Part shown: piece after piece, positions 1-7,548 of the stretch
Position numbering within the stretch: the stretch's first letter is position 1
Layout of the letters: every line of letters begins with the position of its first letter
Assembly: GCF_000010065.1 (NCBI RefSeq)
Contig: NC_006576.1
Span: 30,001 to 62,000, forward strand
Origin: Synechococcus elongatus PCC 6301
Lineage (GTDB): Bacteria > Cyanobacteriota > Cyanobacteriia > Synechococcales > Synechococcaceae
DNA: 32,000 nucleotides
Direction of reading: 5' to 3'
Position numbers and translations under genes: made by a program
Notes under the pieces: model-generated
Database searches by the model: none
Seen by the model: the letters and a program-made list of their open reading frames with translations, nothing else
What the model was told of the DNA's origin: nothing

Positions 1-418
1 GTAGCGTCAGCCCCAGTTGGAGCCCAGGATGGTGCAGCCACATGGGAATGCCTGGAATTGAGATGCCTAGCATCATCGGCAGCGAGCCAATCACCAATAA
101 GCTGGCGATTAGTCCACTCACCCACACTCGCTGGGCCAATTGCCGTTGCGATCGGGCACGGCGATGCCGCTCCTGCGCTTCAACTTCGTTATCCCAGGGG
201 TCTTGGAGGGGAAAAGCGTGGTAGCCTGCAGCCTCAATAGCGGCCTGAATCGCTGCCACCTGAGTCAAAGCGGGGTCATAGCAGACCTGCGCCTGCTCTG
301 CACCAAAATTGACGCTGCACTCCTGCACCCCCGGCAATGCCTGAATGAGGGCTTCAATACGACCCGCACAAGCAGCACAGCCCATGCCTCGCAGCGTCAG
401 AGTTTGCTGATTGACCAT
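1..418 (-). CDS. pacS: Copper-transporting P1B-type ATPase, N-terminal part only (the gene runs off the left edge of the window)
   Basis: Absent from the ORF track because it is open at the window edge. Reading the reverse complement from the ATG (CAT at 416-418) gives MVNQQTLTLRGMGCAACAGRIEALIQALPGVQECSVNFGAEQAQVCYDPALTQVAAIQAAIEAAGYHAF... This is an HMA domain with the GMxCxxC copper-binding motif, followed by hydrophobic helices (WVSGLIASLLVIGSLPMMLGI). I recognise this N-terminus as S. elongatus PacS. Confidence 0.9.
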   Translation of the reverse strand, partial: MVNQQTLTLRGMGCAACAGRIEALIQALPGVQECSVNFGAEQAQVCYDPALTQVAAIQAAIEAAGYHAFPLQDPWDNEVEAQERHRRARSQRQLAQRVWVSGLIASLLVIGSLPMMLGISIPGIPMWLHHPGLQLGLTL

Positions 419-473
419 GACTGGACTCCAGACTCGAACGTAGCTCTAATCGTCCCCAGTCTTAAGTCTCTAG

Positions 474-489
474 TTGACTGCAGAGTCAA
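474..489. promoter_or_regulatory. Dyad TTGACT-GCAG-AGTCAA located 56-71 nt upstream of the pacS ATG; candidate operator and/or -35 element
   Basis: Perfect 6-bp inverted arms separated by 4 nt, read directly from the sequence. TTGACT is close to the sigma70 -35 consensus on either strand. No experimental support is visible. Confidence 0.3.
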
Positions 490-534
490 GACGAGTGACA
501 AAACTTCTCTTAAAAGCGCGATCGCCCTGCCCCA

Positions 535-546
535 GCCCAATTGGGC
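535..546. promoter_or_regulatory. Perfect 12-bp palindrome GCCCAATTGGGC in the pacS/MIP divergent spacer
   Basis: Read directly from the sequence. It lies in a 612-nt non-coding region with no credible ORF. Function unknown. Confidence 0.2.
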
Positions 547-882
547 CTCTTTCGACCTGCTCTACTGCTTGCTCCCAGACGTAGCCAAGCTGAGGAGAGA
601 ACGATCGGAGTCAAGCACATGTTAAGGCTCAAGTGCTTTGCCCGCTTGAGCGACGGCCCCTCGTCAATGCCTCTTTCGTTTTGTCGAACCGCATTGGATC
701 CACTAGCAACTATGAGCTTGAGCAGGACGTTTTAAGCATGTTGAGCTCTTCTATTGCCCCAGATTCAGCGCTCAGGCCTTCGTTACGCTAGTGGCATTGA
801 AGTCAGTTAGTTGAATGAGCTGTAATCAAGGTGCGATCGCCTTTCCTTTGGTTATTGGCTCACAACCTGAAGGGTAAACATT

Positions 883-971
883 AGGCTGACAGTCCGTGCT
901 GGCTTGAGTCAATCAGCCTGATCCGGTCAGTTGATCCCAGCCATCGCCTATCTCTGACTCGACTGGGATCA
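883..971 (+). promoter_or_regulatory. Two consecutive hairpins in the putative 5' leader of the MIP gene
   Basis: AGGCTGA (883-889) pairs with TCAGCCT (913-919). TGATCCCAG (932-940) pairs with CTGGGATCA (963-971), giving a 9-bp stem with a 22-nt loop that ends 60 nt before the ATG at 1032. The transcription start site is unknown, so calling this a leader is an inference. Confidence 0.3.
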
Positions 972-1031
972 TCATTCGTTCCTGCCTCTGCGCAACGACG
1001 ACCCACTCCATTCCTCTGCGATCCAGTCTCT

Positions 1032-1841
1032 ATGAAGATGCTTAGAGCACTTAAACACCACTGGCCAGAATACTTAATTGAAGCTTGGGGGCTTGGGCTG
1101 TTTATGGTGGCAGCTGGGGTTGTCGGAACGCTTGTCTTCTATCCCCAATCTCCTGCCTATCAAGCGATCGCAGACCCTTTCCTACAGCGAGTCGTGATGG
1201 GCTTGGGGATGGGTTTGACGGCAATGATCATCATGTATTCACCTTGGGGAAAGCGATCGGGGGCTCATATCAACCCAGCCGTAACGCTCACGTTCTACCG
1301 GCTTAAAAAAATTGCTGCCTGGGATGCTTTTTTCTACGTTGTTTTTCAGTTTATTGGTGGACTTCTAGGAGTCGTGCTGGTTGCCTTTTTACTACAAACT
1401 CCCTTTACCCAAGCACCGGTCAACTATGTAGTCACGGTCCCTGGAAAACAGGGGGCGATCGTTGCATGTATCGCAGAGTATTTCATTGCTGTACTCATGA
1501 TGAGTATGGTTCTCTTCACCAGCAATCAGCCAAAGCTAGAGCGATTCACTCCATTTTTTGCGGGCTGTCTCATTGTCAGCTACGTCATTTTTGAATCGCC
1601 GCTCTCAGGGTTTGGCATGAACCCTGCTCGAACCGTTGCCTCAGCTTTACCCTCGGGTATTTGGACAGCTATCTGGCTTTATTTCCTTGCACCGATCGCA
1701 GGCATGTTAACTGCAGCAGAACTCTATCTGCGAATGATCGGGCCTCGCAAAATCTTCTGTGCCAAGCTCTACCATGATCCTTTGTATCGCTGTATACACT
1801 GCGGCCATCTCATTCATTGGCATCGTCCTCATCTGAGATAG
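1032..1841 (+). CDS. MIP-family channel (aquaporin/aquaglyceroporin-like) with an atypical Cys/His-rich C-terminal tail
   Basis: 269-aa ORF. Both MIP signature loops are present (SGAHINPAVT and GFGMNPARTV) and about six hydrophobic helices are visible. The tail reads FCAKLYHDPLYRCIHCGHLIHWHRPHLR. An alternative start exists at M3 (1038). Confidence 0.9.
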   Translation: MKMLRALKHHWPEYLIEAWGLGLFMVAAGVVGTLVFYPQSPAYQAIADPFLQRVVMGLGMGLTAMIIMYSPWGKRSGAHINPAVTLTFYRLKKIAAWDAFFYVVFQFIGGLLGVVLVAFLLQTPFTQAPVNYVVTVPGKQGAIVACIAEYFIAVLMMSMVLFTSNQPKLERFTPFFAGCLIVSYVIFESPLSGFGMNPARTVASALPSGIWTAIWLYFLAPIAGMLTAAELYLRMIGPRKIFCAKLYHDPLYRCIHCGHLIHWHRPHLR

Positions 1842-1930
1842 GTCAAAAATATGGCTGCCAGACAGATTGGATGCGATCGCAGCCTAACAAAAGGCCTAGT
1901 TCACCTTATTAATAGCAATAATTGTGAATT

Positions 1931-1956
1931 TTTCTTATCCTCTAGGAGATAAGAAA
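1931..1956. promoter_or_regulatory. Imperfect palindrome TTTCTTATCCTC-TAG-GAGATAAGAAA inside an AT-rich spacer; candidate operator or weak terminator hairpin
   Basis: About 11 bp can pair with one bulged C, centred on CTAG. It sits 90 nt after the MIP stop codon and 350 nt before the GMC start codon. The surrounding 1900-2040 region is visibly AT-rich (TATAAAAAATAAAAGG). Confidence 0.25.
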
Positions 1957-2307
1957 CTTTATCCTTTGTCACCTCGCAGTCCACCCAAAGCAATGGTAAG
2001 TCTAGGGACATTTATAAAAAATAAAAGGTTCTAGCGCTCTCAAAAACGAGCGTTATGGTGAACTCGGTAGGCTTCAGTTCCAAACATCTGCCGAGTGGAG
2101 TAAATGTGTGGCCCGGATATTGACCAGGGTAGACTCCCGGCATCAACAAAGAAGGGGCTTAGGGGCTCTGATATATCCCGAGCAGCTTGCGCAGTTAGAG
2201 ACACCCTCTTCTGAGTGATGGTCTTGGCTAGTCGGTGCCTCCGCGCAATCTAATGGTGCGCCTTGATCGCCAACAGCTCCTTTGCTAACGCCTAAGATTT
2301 TTCCCCA

Positions 2308-3894
2308 ATGGCTATCAATCAAACTGACTACGACATTGTCATCATTGGCACTGGGGCTGGAGGAGGAACGCTACTCCATCGCCTTGCTCCAAGCGGCAAG
2401 AAGATTCTGATTCTTGAGCAAGGGCCTTATCTTCCCCGTGAAAAGGAAAACTGGAGCGCGACTGAGGTCTACGGCAAGGAGCGCTACCACACCCATGATC
2501 AGTGGTACGACAAACAGGGAACAGCCTTTCGACCCCAGATGAGCTACTGGGTAGGAGGCAACACCAAAGTTTATGGGGCTGCTTTGCTCCGTCTGCGGGA
2601 GCGCGACTTTGAAGCCGTTCAACATCGGGATGGGATCTCGCCCGAGTGGCCACTAAAATACGCAGACTTTGAGCCTTACTACAGTCAAGCTGAAGCCCTA
2701 TTTGATGTTCACGGCGAGGATGGCAACGATCCCACCGCCCCACCGCGCCAAACTCCTTACCCCTATCCGGCAGTCAGTCATGAACCCCGCATGCAGGAGA
2801 TCTATGACGGGCTGAAAGGACAAGGACTGAAGCCGTTCCATTTGCCCGTAGGTCTCAAACTTAACGAGACAGAGCGTGCCCTCTGGGACTGCATCCGCTG
2901 CGATAGCTGTGATGGTTTTCCCTGTTTGGTGCGGGGCAAAGCCGATAGTGAAGTTAATGCCGTCACACCAGCGCTGACTTACCCAAACGTCACCCTCAAG
3001 ACCGAGGCCAAAGTACTGCGGTTACTGACCAATGAATCGGGCCGCGAGGTGACGGCAGTGGAAACCCAAATTGGTGGTGAGACTGTTCTGTTCAAGGGCG
3101 ATGTGGTGGTGGTCAGTTGTGGCGCTGCGAACTCCGCCGCTCTGCTGCTGCGATCGGTGAGCGATCGCCATCCCAATGGCCTAGCCAACAGTTCCGATCA
3201 GGTCGGGCGCTACTTCATGAAGCACTTGACGACGGCGATGGTGGCACTTAACGCCAAGAAAAATGAGTCGGTCTACCAAAAAACGATCGCAGTCAGCGAC
3301 TTCTATTGGGGCGAAGACGGTTACGACTACCCAATGGGCTTCATCCAAAATACGGGCAATGTGTTGCCCGACATGATGCCGGCTGAAGCGCCGGGATTAC
3401 TGGCATCACTGCTCAAGTTCGTGCCCAGGCTGGATGTTGATTTAGGGCCTCAATACCAGGCTGCGGCTCAGCACTCAGTGGGCTGGTGGTTCCAAACGGA
3501 AGACCTGCCTGATCCAAACAATCGGGTGCGAGTCGTGAACGACCAAATTCATTTGGACTACACGCCAAATAACACTGAGTCGACTCAGCGCTTGGTTCAT
3601 CGCTGGATTGACATTCTGAAAGCAGTCGACCGTGCCGATCACGTTCTTCCCTTTGACCTCTATCCCCGCAGTAGTTCGCCCATTCAGGTGTTGGGACACC
3701 AGTGCGGCACCTGTCGCTTTGGGGAAGACCCGACAACATCAGTGCTCGATCTCAACTGTCAGGCTCACGATGTTGACAACCTCTATGTGGTTGACAGCAG
3801 CTTCTTCTGCTCCAGTGCTGCGGTCAACCCGACCTTGACGATCATTGCCAACGCTCTACGGGTGGGCGATCACCTGCTCGAGCGGCTGGGCTAG
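2308..3894 (+). CDS. GMC-family FAD-dependent oxidoreductase, resembling the flavoprotein subunit of sugar/gluconate dehydrogenases
   Basis: 528-aa ORF. N-terminal FAD Rossmann motif DIVIIGTGAGGG...ILILEQG. C-terminal GMC region HQCGTCRFGEDP...NLYVVDSSFF...VNPTLTIIANALR. Internal Cys cluster CIRCDSCDGFPC. Confidence 0.9.
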   Translation: MAINQTDYDIVIIGTGAGGGTLLHRLAPSGKKILILEQGPYLPREKENWSATEVYGKERYHTHDQWYDKQGTAFRPQMSYWVGGNTKVYGAALLRLRERDFEAVQHRDGISPEWPLKYADFEPYYSQAEALFDVHGEDGNDPTAPPRQTPYPYPAVSHEPRMQEIYDGLKGQGLKPFHLPVGLKLNETERALWDCIRCDSCDGFPCLVRGKADSEVNAVTPALTYPNVTLKTEAKVLRLLTNESGREVTAVETQIGGETVLFKGDVVVVSCGAANSAALLLRSVSDRHPNGLANSSDQVGRYFMKHLTTAMVALNAKKNESVYQKTIAVSDFYWGEDGYDYPMGFIQNTGNVLPDMMPAEAPGLLASLLKFVPRLDVDLGPQYQAAAQHSVGWWFQTEDLPDPNNRVRVVNDQIHLDYTPNNTESTQRLVHRWIDILKAVDRADHVLPFDLYPRSSSPIQVLGHQCGTCRFGEDPTTSVLDLNCQAHDVDNLYVVDSSFFCSSAAVNPTLTIIANALRVGDHLLERLG

Positions 3895-3962
3895 GTGAAT
3901 CCGCGTTTTCACAATTTTGATCCGTAGCTAGCTCTCACGAAACAACTCAAGGATGACTACCC

Positions 3963-4763
3963 ATGGGCAAACTCGATAATCAAATCGCGCTCGTTACAGG
4001 CAGTAGCCAAGGCATCGGCCAAGAAATTGCCATTCGGCTCGCCTCGGAAGGAGCCAGCGTTGTCATTGACTATCGCTCTCACCCGGAAGGTGCGGAAGAG
4101 ACTCGCAAGCAGGTAGAAGCGGCGGGTGCTCAATGTCATTTAGCCAAAGATCATGCGCCAGAAGGCTATGTGGTGCAGGCGGATCTGGGCGATGTCACCC
4201 AGGTTCGTAATCTTGTTGCCGAAAGCATTAAGCACTTTGGCAAGCTCGATATCTTAGTCAACAATGCTGGGATGGAACGGCGGGCTCCTTTCTGGGAGGT
4301 GACTGAGGCTGATTACGACATGGTTCTTAATGTCAATCTCAAGGGGGCTTTCTTTGCTGCTCAAGCGTTAGTACAACATCTTTTAGAAACAAAACGCCCT
4401 GGCAAGATTATCAATATCAGCTCCGTTCACGAAGAGTTGCCTTTCCCCAATTTTGCTTCCTATTGCCTCAGTAAAGGTGGCATCAAAATGATGACTCGCG
4501 ATCTGGCAGTTGAACTAGGAGAGTACGGGATTACGATCAATAATGTTGCCCCAGGGGCGATCGAGACGCCGATCAATACAAACCTGTTGAATAATCCAAC
4601 CGAGCTGAATGCACTCCTCGGTAATATCCCCCTAAAGCGCCTCGGCAAGCCCAAGGATATTGCTTCCCTTGTGCTATTTCTTGCATCCCCTGATGCTGAC
4701 TACATTACAGGCACAACGATCTTTGCTGATGGCGGACTGCTCTGGAATTACCACGAGCAATAG
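3963..4763 (+). CDS. Short-chain dehydrogenase/reductase, glucose 1-dehydrogenase-like
   Basis: 266-aa ORF with AAGGA 10 nt upstream of the start. Motifs TGSSQGIG (cofactor binding), NNAG, and the catalytic S...YxxxK (ISSVHEELPFPNFASYCLSKGG). PGAIETPIN and the overall sequence closely resemble Bacillus glucose 1-dehydrogenase as I remember it (INMSSVHE...YAASKGG...PGAINTPIN). Confidence 0.9.
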   Translation: MGKLDNQIALVTGSSQGIGQEIAIRLASEGASVVIDYRSHPEGAEETRKQVEAAGAQCHLAKDHAPEGYVVQADLGDVTQVRNLVAESIKHFGKLDILVNNAGMERRAPFWEVTEADYDMVLNVNLKGAFFAAQALVQHLLETKRPGKIINISSVHEELPFPNFASYCLSKGGIKMMTRDLAVELGEYGITINNVAPGAIETPINTNLLNNPTELNALLGNIPLKRLGKPKDIASLVLFLASPDADYITGTTIFADGGLLWNYHEQ

Positions 4764-4863
4764 GCAGGGATGACTGAGGTGATCGTTCCAGCCTTAGTGC
4801 TTGTTGGAGCGCCCTAATTCTGTTTTCGCGATCGCCCTATTTATCTCAGCTTGGAACAGCCTC

Positions 4864-7536
4864 ATGAATCCTGAACAACAGCGAATTCAGCAGAGCGTGG
4901 AACCCAATTCGCCTTGGCGACAATGGGGACCCTATCTGAGTGAGCGGCAGTGGGGCACGGTGCGCGAAGACTACAGTGCTGGCGGCGATGCTTGGGATTA
5001 TTTCCCCCATGATCATGCGCGATCGCGGGCTTATCGCTGGGGGGAAGATGGGCTGGGTGGTTTTTGCGATCGCCAAGCCAATATCTGCTTTGCGCTGGCC
5101 TTTTGGAATGGCAACGATCCCATTCTGAAAGAGCGGCTGTTTGGCTTGACAAATTCTGAGGGAAACCACGGGGAAGACGTCAAAGAATACTACTTTTACG
5201 TCGACAACACCCCTACCCACAGCTACATGCGCTGGCGGTATAAATATCCCCAAGCGGCCTACCCCTACGAGACACTTGTCACGGTCAATGGGCAGCGATC
5301 AAAGTTCGAGCCGGAGTATGAGCTGCTCGATACCGGCATTTTTGACAGCGGCTATTTCGATATCGAAGCGGAATATGCCAAAGCAACGCCATCTGACCTT
5401 GGCATTCGCCTCCAGATCACCAATCGCGGACTGCAAACTGCCCCGATCGCGGTGCTACCGACATTATGGCTGCGTAATACCTGGACTTGGACAGGGGAGG
5501 TGCCTGCCGGCAGGCTCACACAAGTTGATGACCAAGCGATCAAACTGAGCCACCGCGATTACGGCGATCGCTGGCTTTACTGCGATCGGGTAAATGGTGC
5601 CGAGCTAGAGCTGCTGTTTACCGACAACGAAACGAACTTTGCACGACTGTTTGGCAGCACTAATCCGTCGCCTTACGTCAAGGATGCGTTTCATCAATAC
5701 CTAATCGAAGGCGATCGCGAGGCAGTCAATCCGGTGCAGACCGGCACGAAAGCGGCGGCTTGCTATCGCTTAGAAATCCCAGCCGGCCAAACCGTCACGC
5801 TCCAACTTCGCTTTTGCGATCGCCCCCAGACTGCTGCTTTTGACACCGATTTTGCTGACAGCTTCAGCCAACGGCAGCAGGAAGCCGACGACTTTTACCA
5901 AACGCTCTTTCCTAAACTGGGCGACGGCGATCGCCTAATTCAGCGCCAAGCTTTAGCTGCTTTGCTCTGGAGTAAGCAGGTCTATCTCTACGAAGTGCAG
6001 ACTTGGCTGCAGGGTGATGCAGGACAACCACCGCCACCAAGTCCCCGGAGCAAGGGCCGCAATACCAATTGGCGCATGTTCTCTGCCAACGAGGTCATCC
6101 TCATGCCTGACAAGTGGGAATACCCTTGGTTTGCGGCTTGGGACTGGGCCTTTCACTGCGTCGTGATGGCACTCATCGATCCTGAGTTTGCCAAACAGCA
6201 GCTACGCCTGTTGCTAAGCGATAACTACGTCAGTCCTAAGGGTCAGATTCCGGCCTATGAGTGGGCCTTTGGTGATGTCAATCCGCCTGTTCAGGCTTGG
6301 GCCGCTTGGAAGATTTACCAATCAGAAAAGGTTAGAACTGGCGAGGGCGATCGCGAATTTCTACAGCAGATATTCCAGCGCCTGTTACCGAATTACTACT
6401 GGTGGCTGAACCGAGAAGACCGTGACGATAAGAGCCTATTCCAAGGCGGTTTTCTAGGACTGGATAACATCACAATTTTCAATCGCAGCGCTCCTCTCCC
6501 AACGGGCGGCTACCTTGAACAGTCCGATGGCACCGCTTGGATGGGACTGTTTTCGCTCAATATGCTGGCGATCGCCCTGGAGCTGAATCAGCAAGGCACG
6601 ATTTACGACCACGCGATCAGCAGCTTTGTGCGGCAGTTCCTCAACATTGCCCAGGCGATGAATCAAATGGGTGATGACAATCTGGCGTTGTGGGACGAGA
6701 CACACGGCTTCTACTTCAGTGCCCTCCGGCTCCCTGATGACAGTGAGGAGCAGCTACAGGTCTACTCCTTGGTGGGATTAGCGCCAATGCTGGCCGTGCT
6801 GACGCTGGAGCCTAAATTTGTCCATGACTTGTCTGACATTCAAGAGGTGATGGACTGGGCCGCCAAGCATCACCCGGAACTGATCAACAACGTTGTCTGC
6901 ACAACAACGGAATGCAGCGAACAACGCCATCTTCTCGCGATCGCTAGTCCTGATCAGCTGCGGCGGTTACTGCAGCGACTACTCAATGAGGACGAATTTC
7001 TGTCGCCCTACGGCATTCGCTCGATCTCGAAGGCCCATGCTCAAGACCCCTTCGTTCTTCACTATCAAGGCAACAGCTTCGGGGTGGACTACGAGCCGGG
7101 AGAATCGACCAGCGCCACCTTTGGCGGCAATTCCAACTGGCGCGGCCCGATCTGGTTCCCTATGAACTATCTCTTGATCGAAGCGCTACAGCGCTACTAC
7201 CACTACCTCGGCGACGAGTTCCAGGTTGAATGTCCCACTGGCTCAGGACAACTGATGACACTCAAACAGGTCGCCCAAGAACTGTCGCAACGGCTGGTCA
7301 ACATCTTCCGCACGCAACCTGATGGTTCTCGACCCACTTACGGCGACATCGAACGCTTCCAGATCGATCCCCACTGGCGTGATCTGCTGCTGTTCCATGA
7401 ATACTTCCACGGTGATACCGGCAAAGGTCTGGGCGCGAGTCAGCAAACTGGCTGGACTGCCTTGGTTGCCCAGTTGATTCAAGAACTAAACGACGAGACT
7501 TTCTACGACTCTCTGGGCTTGATGCCATCGTTTTAG
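4864..7536 (+). CDS. GH63-like (MGH1/YgjK-type) glycoside hydrolase, probable alpha-glucosidase
   Basis: The ORF is open from a TTG at 4801. I prefer the ATG at 4864 (MNPEQQRIQQ..., 890 aa) because the conserved block WGPYLSERQWGTVREDYS...YFPHDHARSRAYRWGEDG starts about 20 aa later. The family assignment comes from recalled similarity to 'probable glucosidase / MGH1-like' proteins. I did not locate catalytic residues. Confidence 0.8.
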   Translation: MNPEQQRIQQSVEPNSPWRQWGPYLSERQWGTVREDYSAGGDAWDYFPHDHARSRAYRWGEDGLGGFCDRQANICFALAFWNGNDPILKERLFGLTNSEGNHGEDVKEYYFYVDNTPTHSYMRWRYKYPQAAYPYETLVTVNGQRSKFEPEYELLDTGIFDSGYFDIEAEYAKATPSDLGIRLQITNRGLQTAPIAVLPTLWLRNTWTWTGEVPAGRLTQVDDQAIKLSHRDYGDRWLYCDRVNGAELELLFTDNETNFARLFGSTNPSPYVKDAFHQYLIEGDREAVNPVQTGTKAAACYRLEIPAGQTVTLQLRFCDRPQTAAFDTDFADSFSQRQQEADDFYQTLFPKLGDGDRLIQRQALAALLWSKQVYLYEVQTWLQGDAGQPPPPSPRSKGRNTNWRMFSANEVILMPDKWEYPWFAAWDWAFHCVVMALIDPEFAKQQLRLLLSDNYVSPKGQIPAYEWAFGDVNPPVQAWAAWKIYQSEKVRTGEGDREFLQQIFQRLLPNYYWWLNREDRDDKSLFQGGFLGLDNITIFNRSAPLPTGGYLEQSDGTAWMGLFSLNMLAIALELNQQGTIYDHAISSFVRQFLNIAQAMNQMGDDNLALWDETHGFYFSALRLPDDSEEQLQVYSLVGLAPMLAVLTLEPKFVHDLSDIQEVMDWAAKHHPELINNVVCTTTECSEQRHLLAIASPDQLRRLLQRLLNEDEFLSPYGIRSISKAHAQDPFVLHYQGNSFGVDYEPGESTSATFGGNSNWRGPIWFPMNYLLIEALQRYYHYLGDEFQVECPTGSGQLMTLKQVAQELSQRLVNIFRTQPDGSRPTYGDIERFQIDPHWRDLLLFHEYFHGDTGKGLGASQQTGWTALVAQLIQELNDETFYDSLGLMPSF

Positions 7537-7548
7537 GGGCCTGCGACG

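Noticed and set aside
140-625. 161-aa plus-strand ORF at the left edge
   Set aside because: Its first 280 nt are antisense to the PacS HMA domain, which is unmistakable. The remainder runs through the palindrome-rich spacer. No motifs are present.
905-930. GGCTTGAGT...GCCTGATCCGG, reminiscent of the TPP riboswitch core (CUGAGA ... ACCUGAUCUGG)
   Set aside because: The following AUAAUGCCAGCG/AGGGA segment and the P2/P3 helices are absent. CUGAUCCGGUCAG instead folds on itself. The downstream gene, a MIP channel, has no link to thiamine.
4801-4863. TTG-initiated 21-codon extension of the GH63-like gene
   Set aside because: The in-frame ATG at 4864 gives an N-terminus of the length seen before the conserved WGPYLSERQW block. 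TTG with no SD is a weaker candidate. This is not fully excluded.
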